Assembly (NCBI GenBank): GCA_038078835.1
Contig: JBBTQI010000012.1
Span: forward strand, 1 to 53,111
Direction of reading: 5' to 3'
Origin: Patescibacteria group bacterium
Lineage (GTDB): Bacteria > Patescibacteriota > UBA1384 > XYA2-FULL-43-10 > 1-14-0-10-43-13
DNA: 53,111 nt
Shown here: positions 9,099-18,144 of the stretch, piece after piece
Layout: each line of letters starts with the position of its first letter
How positions within the stretch are numbered: position 1 is the stretch's first letter
Notes under the pieces: generated by a model
What the model saw: only the letters and a program-made list of their open reading frames with translations
The model's database searches: none
What the model was told of the DNA's origin: nothing
Position numbers and translations under genes: made by a program

Positions 9099-9977
9099 TT
9101 ATTTTGGTAGCCTGCCGCCGCTGGATAGGCAATCTTCAATTGAATCGAAGGCGGTATAGTTTTTAGTTTGGTTGTAGTACTGGCTCACGCCTTTTTCATG
9201 GCAGATGCCGCTGTTGCTCTTTTTGGCTTGCGGACCGTCAGCGCTAATGGGAGCGGTTGCCGCCGCCGGCTGGCTTGCAGCAGGGGCTGGTTGAGTAGTC
9301 GTGGCCGTTGCACCGTCTGCCGACTGCGTTGTATCTCAATTACAGGTATTAGCGCCCCAAAAGCCCTTACCCTGCTCTCCGGCTTGTTTTTCGGCTTCAA
9401 TAAATTCGTCTTGGTACTTATAGGGATTTGAATCGTATGTATACTCGTGAGCGTAGCCCTCGGTAATCAGATATTTATTGAAAAAAGTACCATCTTCGAG
9501 GTAGACATAACGGAGCAAGCGATTATACTTGTCTCGCTCACCCTGGGTGCTGTCTGCCTCAAGCCTGACTTTTTTACCATTTAAGATTTCTTTGGCTTTA
9601 TTGCTGGCTTCTTTGCCGAAACATTGAACCGGCTTGCGCGGATCAACCGTTTCCGGCGTATCCATACCGATAAGACGGATTGTCTCGGTTTCATTGTTTA
9701 TATAGACCTTAATCGTGTCGCCATCCGTAACGCTGGCTACTGAATATAGATCGGTCTGTTGCTGTGGGGCCTCAGCCGGCTTTATTTCTGCTTGTGTTGC
9801 TACAACTTGATTTGCAGGTTGAACCGTTTCCGGCTTTGCCGGTTCTTCGGTTTTGATTTCTCTGTCGTTTGAGTTGGTGGTACCGGTTGGTTGATCTGTG
9901 CGGCTAAAAAGAGCGATTAAAAAGACCGTCGCAATTATTGAATAGAGAACTAATTTTACTGTTTTTCGTTTCGTCAT
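9099..9977 (-). CDS. Thermonuclease (SNase) family membrane-anchored nuclease; its C-terminal domain is separated by an in-frame TGA at 9336-9338
   Basis: Motifs VTDGDTI, IRLIGMDTPE, RDKYNRLLRYV. The frame stays open for 78 codons after the TGA and ends ...CLSSGGRLPK at TAA 9099. Confidence 0.88.
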
Positions 9978-10002
9978 TACACAATCACTCTCCCCTTATC
10001 GC

Positions 10003-10239
10003 CAATGGCGCTACACCCCGAAACATGCCAGCTGGCTCAATATGGCCGAGATTGAAATCGGCAAGCTAACCAAAGCTGTACTTAAGAGAAGAATCCCCGA
10101 CAAGGAAATCCTAACCAGAGAAGTAAGGATGTACCAACAGAGACAGAACAAAGCCCAAACAACCATTAACTGGAAATTCACCCGTCAAAAAGCAAGGGAG
10201 AAGTTTAAACTACATATGAATTAAGATGTTAAGGTACTA
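10003..10239 (+). mobile_element. IS630-family transposase remnant (3' part and right end)
   Basis: Reads WRYTPKHASWLNMAEIE...INWKFT, the IS630 DDE C-terminal signature. Stop at 10224, then ...AAGGTAC and a TA dinucleotide at 10238-10239. The left part is missing. Confidence 0.88.
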
Positions 10240-10289
10240 GTGTACAAATTGGTGAAATTGTCGAAGATGCTTTCTTTTTTCGAGTCCAT
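10238..10289 (-). pseudogene. Possible 5' relic of a cas12a (cpf1) gene
   Basis: RBS GAAAGGGG and ATG 10289 give MDSKKESIFDNFTNLYT, cut at the IS630 TA. It resembles the Cas12a N-terminal F..FTNLY.(V/L)SKTLRFEL motif but is only 17 codons long. Confidence 0.5.
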
Positions 10290-10378
10290 ACGCACCCCTT
10301 TCTTCAAAATGATTGTTTGTTTTCTCTCTGCTATTTTTAGTAACTTTGGGTTCTGTGATAAGGATCGATTTTCGTACC

Positions 10379-11740
10379 TTATTGTAAAACCTGCTTAATC
10401 TTGGGAGTGGCAGTAAACAGTCCCACGCACTCGATGTGATGAGTATGGGGAAACATATCGATCGGTTGGATTTTTCTTAGCCTCACTCCCCCGCTCTCGA
10501 GAAGTTTGGCGTCGCAGGCAAAGGTGGCCGGATTGCAGGAAACATAAATAAATCTAGTTTGAGAGTGTGAAAGTGCTAAGTGTGAAAGTATTTGAATGAT
10601 TCGAGGGGCAAGACCGGCGCGAGGCGGATCGACAACAATAATGTCAAAATCCAAATGCTCAGTGCTAAAAGCTTCAAGGTATTTATTAACATCCGTGCAG
10701 ACAAATTCACAGTTGTGAATATGGTTTAGGCGGAGATTGTCGCGAGCGTCGCGAACAGCGCCAGCCACGGTCTCAACTCCGATAATCTTCTTGGCCAGCG
10801 TTGAGAGATAGATGCCGATGGTGCCGGTGCCGCAGTAGAGGTCCAAGACCGTATCCCCCGGCTTCACCTCGGCATATTTCTTAATAGTGTCATAGAGGGT
10901 TTTGATGGCGAGCGCGTTAGTTTGAAAGAAGGATTCCGGAGAGATTTGAAAGGTGAATCGGCCGACCTTTTCGCGAATGACGGGCGAGCCAAAGATAAGC
11001 CGTCTGCGAAGATTTTTTAATGATTTGGCGGGGGCGACAGTGTGATAGAGTGATTTTACTCCGGTAACCTTGGCCAACTCGGTGACAATTTCCCGTTGAT
11101 TGGGTAACTCCTCGCTTGTTGTCACAATCTCCACCATAAACTCGCCGGTGGTTTTGCCCTCTCTTATCTTAATTTGCCAGAGGCTCGAATTTGATTTCGG
11201 CGAAGAATTTAGAACGCTTTTTAACCGGGCCAGGATTTTGTTAGATGTTTTTGACTGGAGGAGGCAATAATCAATTGGCAGCAGCCCCGCTGACTCTGTT
11301 GTTGCCGCGGTATCACCGCGATGGCGGGCAAATGAGATCGTGCCATCTGCTTCGCGGTGGAAGAAGAAACGGATTGAGTTGCGATAGTAAAAATTTTCCT
11401 GAGCGCCGGCGATGATCGGCTCCGGCTTAATATCAAGCCCCTGGCGCACGAGCACTTCGGCAAACGCGGCGGATTTAATTTGCAGCTGGACCGGATAAGC
11501 CACATTCATATGCTCGCAGCCGCCGCACCGGTCAAAGTTGACACAGGCTGGCTCGATTCGCGCCGGACCGGACCGGACGACGCGCCCTACTCTGCCAAGA
11601 ACGCAGTTTTTTTTCTCAGCCATTATATCAACCTCGATTGTGTCGCCCGGGACGCTTTTTTTTACCAAAACAACTCGGCCGTTGCTGTCACGCCCCAACC
11701 CCCAGCCCGTATAGATAATTTTGTCTATTTTTACGAGCAT
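10379..11740 (-). CDS. rlmD: 23S rRNA m5U methyltransferase (RlmD/TrmA family)
   Basis: TRAM domain, 4Fe-4S cysteines (C..CGGC), SFFQTN, LDLYCGTG, DPPRAG, YVSCNP, DMFPHTHHIE. Confidence 0.92.
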   Translation of the reverse strand: MLVKIDKIIYTGWGLGRDSNGRVVLVKKSVPGDTIEVDIMAEKKNCVLGRVGRVVRSGPARIEPACVNFDRCGGCEHMNVAYPVQLQIKSAAFAEVLVRQGLDIKPEPIIAGAQENFYYRNSIRFFFHREADGTISFARHRGDTAATTESAGLLPIDYCLLQSKTSNKILARLKSVLNSSPKSNSSLWQIKIREGKTTGEFMVEIVTTSEELPNQREIVTELAKVTGVKSLYHTVAPAKSLKNLRRRLIFGSPVIREKVGRFTFQISPESFFQTNALAIKTLYDTIKKYAEVKPGDTVLDLYCGTGTIGIYLSTLAKKIIGVETVAGAVRDARDNLRLNHIHNCEFVCTDVNKYLEAFSTEHLDFDIIVVDPPRAGLAPRIIQILSHLALSHSQTRFIYVSCNPATFACDAKLLESGGVRLRKIQPIDMFPHTHHIECVGLFTATPKIKQVLQ

Positions 11741-11760
11741 TAAAACAAACCATTAATATT

Positions 11761-11965
11761 ACCAGTGTTGCGCAATTAATTGGCGATTCCTCGAATTGTC
11801 ATCTCGAATCCGCCAACCGGCGGATGAGAGATCTCCGATGTAGTAGCAAACCAATTCGGAGATTTCTCGCTGTTCGACTTTCGCTCACAGCGACCTGAGT
11901 CAAATCGAAGGTCGCCTCCAAGGCCTCGAAATGACAGATTGTGGGCAGGATTGCGCAACATTGGT
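11761..11965. mobile_element. MITE-like non-autonomous element (205 bp)
   Basis: 16-bp terminal inverted repeats ACCAGTGTTGCGCAAT / ATTGCGCAACATTGGT (1 mismatch), flanked by the 9-bp direct repeat ATTAATATT at 11752-11760 and 11966-11974. Nested palindromes inside. Confidence 0.8.
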
Positions 11966-12031
11966 ATTAATATTGTCTCTGCAATATTAACAAGACATCT
12001 CTCTCGACGCAATTATTCTTGATGATTCCGG

Positions 12032-12742
12032 CTACTTGAATACTTCCTCCAGCAGCGGCGCACGCGGCAGATCCAGGAGCGGCTGGTCTCCGGGTTCAAC
12101 CGAGACGATAATATATTGATAATCAAGTAAATTTTCATTCCGGCTGAACTGGCCCCGAAAAACACCATCCTTCTTTTCGAGCTTACCCATTGACAAGAAT
12201 TGGCGGGCGCTGCCCTTTTCGCCGACCCTTTTTGCCAGCCACGCCGCAAAAATATCATCTTGGCGGGGATCGGGTACGTTAGCTTGCGCCTCAAGACTAA
12301 ACGTCGACCCGTTATATGTCCGCGTTGCCACGCCGCTGCCCCCAAATCCCATAATTGGGCTTAGGGTGATCGTTTGCATCTTTAGTTGAGACTGAATTGG
12401 CGGCTGACCGCCTTCGTTGTATCGAGGCGGCTCCTCCTTTTTCCCCTCGGTTGGCGGCTGTTCCTCGGGTGCTTCCTCCCTAATTTCACCTTCGGGAATT
12501 GACACCTCCGGTTCCGGTTGTTCGACCCCGGTCGGCGGAGCTTCCTCGGCCGGCCGTCTTTCGTCGACAGCCAGAATCCAAATAACAGTGCCGATAATAG
12601 CCAAAACAAGAAGAGCGATAATTATGCCCAAGATGCGTCTTATTCTTTCTCGATCCAAATCCCTCACCTCCTTCTTATCCGACCCACCTGGAAGGTGTTT
12701 GAGTGCATTCACCTTCCAGGTGGGTGTTACTGTGGTCGGCAT
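12032..12742 (-). CDS. Membrane protein with Glu/Pro-rich linker and anti-sigma-K (RskA)-like C-terminal domain
   Basis: One TM; C-terminal AWL..MGKL..IIVSVEP pattern. Confidence 0.65.
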   Translation of the reverse strand: MPTTVTPTWKVNALKHLPGGSDKKEVRDLDRERIRRILGIIIALLVLAIIGTVIWILAVDERRPAEEAPPTGVEQPEPEVSIPEGEIREEAPEEQPPTEGKKEEPPRYNEGGQPPIQSQLKMQTITLSPIMGFGGSGVATRTYNGSTFSLEAQANVPDPRQDDIFAAWLAKRVGEKGSARQFLSMGKLEKKDGVFRGQFSRNENLLDYQYIIVSVEPGDQPLLDLPRAPLLEEVFK

Positions 12743-12803
12743 ACTAAAATAGCACAAGCCGGCAACTTGCGCCAGGGATGATAGAACAAAAATTAATCAA
12801 CTA

Positions 12804-14087
12804 TTATTTTAGGCGTTTCTTGATCTCGTCAACCAAGACCTTAATGGCGAAAGTCTCCTGGGTAGAGGTTGAGAGATCGCGCAAGATCACCTCCGCCTTC
12901 ATTGCTTCGCGCTGGCCGACAATAAGGGCAAACCGGGAGTCAAGTTTGGCGGCGGCTTGGAGCTGCTGACGCAAGCCGTCATTAGAGGGGATGTAGAAAA
13001 CATTAATATTTTCCTTAACAAGGCGGTCGTGAATATCTCTGGAGACCTCTTTGGCCTTATCGCCCAACTGAACAATGGTCACCTCAACGCCGCGCGGTAG
13101 AGGAATCTTCACTTTCTGCTCTCTCATTACCTCGATTATTCTCTCGACACCAAGAGAATAGCCGACTGCCGGCGTGACCGGTCCGCCCAGGAGTTGGACC
13201 AATCCGTCGTAGCGCCCGCCGGCGCCAAGAGCGGATTGCCGCCCCTTGTCATTAATCGTTGCAATTTCGAAAACCGTCCTGGTGTAGTAATCCAGACCTC
13301 GAACCAGGCGCGACTCGATCTCGTAGCGAACACCAAAATAATCAAGATATTCAAGCGTGTTTTGGAAATGGATCCGGCACTCCGGACAAAGCGAGTCCAG
13401 AATATTCGGCGCCTCCTTGGCGATTTCTTGACAGCGCTCATTTTTGCAGTCGAGCAGACGCAAGGGGTTTTTCTCCAGCCGGACAAGACAATCCTGACAC
13501 AGCCGATTGATTTTTTCTTTGTAAAACTTTTTCAGTTTGGCATAAAACTTAGGCCGGCAATCCGGACAGCCAATTGAACTTGCGTAGACTATCAGGTTGG
13601 ATAGACCGAGGCGCCGCAGGATTTCCCAGGCCGACATTACCACCAGGTAATCGGACTTTGCCGACTCGTCGCCGAAGATCTCGGCGCCGAGCTGATAAAA
13701 CTCCCGGTAGCGGCCGCGTTGCGGTCTCTCTCGCCGAAACATAGCGCCAAAATACCACAATCGAACTGGCTGAGACCAGCTGTTCATACCGTTTTGAATA
13801 TAGGCTCGAACAACGCCGGCAGTTCCCTCCGGCCTGAGAGCGTAAGTCACCTGTTCGTCAGAGGATGTCGGCTGAAGAAGAAACATCTCTTTTTGAACAA
13901 TGTCGGTAGTCTCACCGATGCCGCGAGAGTAAATTTCCGCATTTTCAAAATGGGGCGTTTCTATTTTAGTAAAACCGGCCCCCGAGAGCGTCTTTTGGGC
14001 GACATTGAAAAAATACTGCCAATAAATTTCTTCGCTTGGCAAGATATCCTTTGTTCCGCGCGGCGACTGATAAAACACCCTCGACAT
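12804..14087 (-). CDS. hisS: Histidine--tRNA ligase
   Basis: Motifs PRGTKD, LRPEGTA, RRERPQRGRYREFYQ, LVRGLDYYT, GGRYDGL. Confidence 0.98.
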   Translation of the reverse strand: MSRVFYQSPRGTKDILPSEEIYWQYFFNVAQKTLSGAGFTKIETPHFENAEIYSRGIGETTDIVQKEMFLLQPTSSDEQVTYALRPEGTAGVVRAYIQNGMNSWSQPVRLWYFGAMFRRERPQRGRYREFYQLGAEIFGDESAKSDYLVVMSAWEILRRLGLSNLIVYASSIGCPDCRPKFYAKLKKFYKEKINRLCQDCLVRLEKNPLRLLDCKNERCQEIAKEAPNILDSLCPECRIHFQNTLEYLDYFGVRYEIESRLVRGLDYYTRTVFEIATINDKGRQSALGAGGRYDGLVQLLGGPVTPAVGYSLGVERIIEVMREQKVKIPLPRGVEVTIVQLGDKAKEVSRDIHDRLVKENINVFYIPSNDGLRQQLQAAAKLDSRFALIVGQREAMKAEVILRDLSTSTQETFAIKVLVDEIKKRLK

Positions 14088-14194
14088 AATTGCTCCAATT
14101 TTAAATTCCCAACCCAAAAAAAGATTAACAGCAACTGTCGCAATTGTCAAAAATCATCACTTGCTTGGCGCAGGAAATGACCGGTCTGCAATGA

Positions 14195-16741
14195 TCAGGC
14201 TCGCATGAGTCGCCCGGCTTTTCGCAAACTAATTTTCTTATTTGCCAATAAAACTTTAACTGTGTCGCCAGCCTGGAATTCTTCCCGCAGAATTGCCTCT
14301 GCCAGGGGATTCTCAATGTGATCGGCGATGGCTTTACGTATCGGCCTGGCGCCGAAATCGGGGTCAAATCCGATTTCCGCCAGACGGTTTTTGGCTTTTG
14401 ACTCAACGATCAATGTAATTTTCTGCTCAGACAGGCGTTTGTTTAATTCCTCAATTTGAAGATTAACAATTTCCAGAACGGATTCGTGGCTTAGCGGACG
14501 GAAAACAATTACCTTGTCAACACGATTGAGGAATTCCGGACGGAAAAAATCTTCGAGTTCGTCAAAGACGCTCTCTTTGAGCTGTTCGTACTCGCTCTGG
14601 GCTTCATCGTCCTCGGCGTGAGCAAAACCGATCAGAGAATGCTTGTCAAAGACATTGGTGCCAAGATTAGAAGTCATCGCCAGAATGGTGTTTTTGAAGT
14701 CAACTCTGCGGCCGCGGGCGTCCGTCAATTCGCCGTCCTCCATAATCTGGAGCAAGATATTAAAGACCTCAGGGTGGGCCTTTTCGATCTCGTCAAAAAG
14801 GATAACCGAGTAGGGGTTGCGCCGGACCGCCTCTGTCAGTTTGCCGCCCTCTTCGTAACCGATATAGCCGGCCGGCGCACCGATCAGGCGCGAAACATTG
14901 TGGCGCTCCATAAACTCCGACATATCTATCTTAATCAAGGCGTCGCGGCTCCCCAACACTTCGTGGGCGATGATCTTGGCTAACTCCGTTTTGCCGACGC
15001 CGGTCGGGCCGAGAAAGATAAAGGAGCCGGTCGGCCGATGAGGATTGGAGACACCAACGCGCGCCCGGCGAATTGCTTTGGCAACCTCTGAAACCGCCTC
15101 GTCTTGGCCGATAAGATGCTTTTTAATCCGACCCTCCAGGTCAAGGAAACGCTTCTTCTCCTCGACCGTCAACTCGGAGACGGGAATTCCGGTCCAGCGC
15201 GAAACAACTTTGGCGATATCCTGAGCAGAGATAATTGCCGCCTTCTTTTCTTTGGTGTTTGTTTTGAGACGACGGATCTCCGCTTCAATTGCCAGCTCCT
15301 TTTCGCGCAGGCGGGTTGCCCGCTCATAATCTTCAGAGAGAATCAACTCTTCTTTTTGGCGCAAAATTTGACGCAGTTCCCGGCGCAATTCCGAGAGCCT
15401 GACCGCAGCATTATCAATTGTGTTTGTTGAGGCGGCGGCCTCATCGATCAGGTCGATTGCCTTGTCGGGCAGATTGCGATCATTAATATAGCGTGCTGAC
15501 ATTCTGACGGCCGCCTCAATTGCTTCCGCAGTAAATTGCACCTTATGGTAACTCTCGTATTGCTGCTTGATGCCGCCAAGGATAGCCAGAGTTTCCTCGA
15601 TTGACGGCTCCTTAACCAGAATGGGTTGGAAGCGGCGCTCAAAGGCGGGATCCTTCTCGATGTGTTTCTTGTACTCATCCAGAGTAGTAGAGCCGATCAT
15701 CCGCAGTTCACCGCGAGCCAGCATTGGCTTCAAGAGGTTGGCGGCGTCAATTGATCCCTCGGTAGAGCCGGCGCCCACAACAGTGTGGATTTCGTCAACA
15801 AAGAGTATCGAGTTGCCGCTGCGCTTAATCTCGGCCAACATTTTCTTGACGCGGCTTTCAAATTGGCCGCGATACATTGTCCCTGCCAGAAGCGCCCCCA
15901 TATCTATCGCCAGGATCTCCTTGCCCGATAATTTTGCCGGAACCTGGCCGTCAATAATGCGCTGGGCCAGGCCCTCGACAATGGCCGTTTTGCCGATTCC
16001 CGGCTCGCCAATCAGAACGGGATTATTCTTAGTACGGCGACAGAGAATCTGGATCAGCCGTTCGGTTTCACGATCGCGGCCGACAACCGGATCGAGCTTG
16101 CTCTCCCTGGCCTCCTTGGTTAGATTTGTCGTAAAGGCATCAAGCAGTGATTCGGATGATCGGGGTCGCATTTGAGCAAAATTTTGTCCGGGCAGCGGCC
16201 CGATCGGCCCAAAACCGTCGGCATCAGGTCCGTCAAAGCTGCCGGACGGCTGAATCTCCGCCGGTCGCTCCGGCTCTGACTCAAGCGCATCGAGCGTATC
16301 CTTGATGCCGCCAAAAATCACCTCGAGCTGTTTTTTGATCTCATCCGGCTTGACTCCGACTCGTTCAATAACGCTATAAGAATTAAAACCGTGATTTAAA
16401 ACCAGGGCAAGCAAGAGGTGCTCGGTATCGATGGCAAAGTGGCCGTACTGCGACGCGACCGATACCGCCGCCTTTATCGCTTCCTTCGCATCCTCGGTTA
16501 ATCCGTCGGGAGCACTTTGGTGCAAATTCTTGTTAACCAATGCTACTACAAGCTGAAGCCGCTCAGATGTTACATCAAAGCTGGTTAAAATTTCGTGAGC
16601 CAGGCTTCCCTTGGTCAGAACAAGCGCCATCAGTTGGTGTTCCGTGTTCATAACGGCACCCTGTTCGCGAGCAATTCTCTCGGCTAAGACCAAGACTTTT
16701 TTAAGATTGTCACTAAATTTTCGAAATACACTATTGTCCAT
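14195..16741 (-). CDS. clpC: ATP-dependent Clp protease ATPase subunit ClpC
   Basis: Clp-N repeats, two AAA+ modules (GEPGIGKT, GPTGVGKT), UVR-like middle domain. Confidence 0.93.
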   Translation of the reverse strand: MDNSVFRKFSDNLKKVLVLAERIAREQGAVMNTEHQLMALVLTKGSLAHEILTSFDVTSERLQLVVALVNKNLHQSAPDGLTEDAKEAIKAAVSVASQYGHFAIDTEHLLLALVLNHGFNSYSVIERVGVKPDEIKKQLEVIFGGIKDTLDALESEPERPAEIQPSGSFDGPDADGFGPIGPLPGQNFAQMRPRSSESLLDAFTTNLTKEARESKLDPVVGRDRETERLIQILCRRTKNNPVLIGEPGIGKTAIVEGLAQRIIDGQVPAKLSGKEILAIDMGALLAGTMYRGQFESRVKKMLAEIKRSGNSILFVDEIHTVVGAGSTEGSIDAANLLKPMLARGELRMIGSTTLDEYKKHIEKDPAFERRFQPILVKEPSIEETLAILGGIKQQYESYHKVQFTAEAIEAAVRMSARYINDRNLPDKAIDLIDEAAASTNTIDNAAVRLSELRRELRQILRQKEELILSEDYERATRLREKELAIEAEIRRLKTNTKEKKAAIISAQDIAKVVSRWTGIPVSELTVEEKKRFLDLEGRIKKHLIGQDEAVSEVAKAIRRARVGVSNPHRPTGSFIFLGPTGVGKTELAKIIAHEVLGSRDALIKIDMSEFMERHNVSRLIGAPAGYIGYEEGGKLTEAVRRNPYSVILFDEIEKAHPEVFNILLQIMEDGELTDARGRRVDFKNTILAMTSNLGTNVFDKHSLIGFAHAEDDEAQSEYEQLKESVFDELEDFFRPEFLNRVDKVIVFRPLSHESVLEIVNLQIEELNKRLSEQKITLIVESKAKNRLAEIGFDPDFGARPIRKAIADHIENPLAEAILREEFQAGDTVKVLLANKKISLRKAGRLMRA

Positions 16742-16847
16742 TACACCTTCCTACTTATTGTGTGAGGATATAGTATATCAGGCGACTCTCTGTTCATCAA
16801 TTGTTCTTGGCTAAAAATATTTATAAATCTCTCTGTTGGGGAGAGGA

Positions 16848-17927
16848 CTAATCGGCTGGCTCTTCCCCTGGCTCGGCTTTCTCGTTAGCTTCGATGTCGA
16901 TACCCCAGCCGGTCAGCTTTGAGGCCAGACGAACGTTTTGGCCGTTTCGGCCAATGGCCAAGGAGAGGCTGTCTTTATTAACGTAAACCGTCGCCTTGTG
17001 TTCCTTGCTCGAGATGGCAATATGCGCGGTTTTGGCCGGGGAAAGAGCATTGGCAATGAACTGTTCCGCGTCCTCGTCCCAGAGGACAATATCAATCTTC
17101 TCGTCGCCAATCTCATCCAAGACGGCTTGAACGCGGGTGCCCCGCTGGCCGACGCACGACCCGACCGGATCGATCTTCTCGTCATGAGCCACAACCGCAA
17201 TCTTGGTTCGGGAGCCGGGCTCTCGAGCAATGGCTTTGATCTCGACTACTCCGGCGTTGATCTCGGGCACCTCCACAGCAAAGAGACCGCTGATAAGCTT
17301 CTCGTCGGAACGCGATACCATAATTTGCGGGCCGCGCGCTGTTTCGTTCACTTCCTTAATCACTACCTTGAGGCGCTGGCCAACATAGTTGCGCTCCCCG
17401 CGAATCTGTTCCGAGGGATACATGGCCGCGCTGGCTTTACCCAGACTTAAAATCATATTTCTACCCTCAAACTGTTGGACTGTTGCCGTTGCAACCTCCC
17501 CCTCGCGCCCCTTGAACTCCTCAAAGAGCAAGTTGCGCTCGGCTTCACGCAAGCGCTGAATAATAACCTGCTTGGCCGTTTGAGCGGCGATGCGACCAAA
17601 CTCTGTATGTTTGGGCAAGGGTACCGCGACCTCTTTGCCGATTTTGGCTTTCGGATCAATCTCTTTGGCCTGTTCCAGGATTAATTGCTGTTCCGCTTCA
17701 AGAACCTCCTCCGGAGTTTCAACCACTTCGTAAACCCGGAACATCTCGGCTTCGCCGATGATCTCATCAAGCTTGGCACGGATAACTTGTCTGGGTCGGC
17801 CGTAATCTTTGCGGTAAGCGGCCGCGAGCGCCGCCTCGACTGCCTCGATAATAGTGGCTCGATCGAGACCCTTCTCCTCGCACAACTCGTTTATGGCGGA
17901 AATAAACGGACTGACTTTTTGGGCCAT
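16848..17927 (-). CDS. nusA: Transcription termination/antitermination factor NusA
   Basis: Motifs [37 protein letters not shown]. Start at MAQKV. Confidence 0.97.
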   Translation of the reverse strand: MAQKVSPFISAINELCEEKGLDRATIIEAVEAALAAAYRKDYGRPRQVIRAKLDEIIGEAEMFRVYEVVETPEEVLEAEQQLILEQAKEIDPKAKIGKEVAVPLPKHTEFGRIAAQTAKQVIIQRLREAERNLLFEEFKGREGEVATATVQQFEGRNMILSLGKASAAMYPSEQIRGERNYVGQRLKVVIKEVNETARGPQIMVSRSDEKLISGLFAVEVPEINAGVVEIKAIAREPGSRTKIAVVAHDEKIDPVGSCVGQRGTRVQAVLDEIGDEKIDIVLWDEDAEQFIANALSPAKTAHIAISSKEHKATVYVNKDSLSLAIGRNGQNVRLASKLTGWGIDIEANEKAEPGEEPAD

Positions 17928-18144
17928 TTTTTCTCCCCGCGGCAGAGATTCGATTAATCGATCAATTATGCCGCTCAATTTAATTGTAGCACGTCTGTTT
18001 GGATGATTTTTAGCAAAAATGGCCGCCATTTGGCCGCCATCTCATCATTGCTAATAGTACACCAACCTTGAACCGCTGTCAAGATCAGCCGCCGCATTGA
18101 AGATAGCGCTAAATTGGCGTATAATTTTATAACATCGGTAAGTT

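Noticed and set aside
9336-9338. Selenocysteine at the in-frame TGA
   Set aside because: The position is at a linker boundary rather than a redox site, and I see no convincing SECIS hairpin right after it.
9185-9400. 71-aa minus-strand ORF (and the 9168-9431 plus-strand ORF)
   Set aside because: Both are off-frame shadows of the thermonuclease read-through region.
11776-12012. 78-aa ORF
   Set aside because: It is a translation of the palindromic MITE and is likely spurious.
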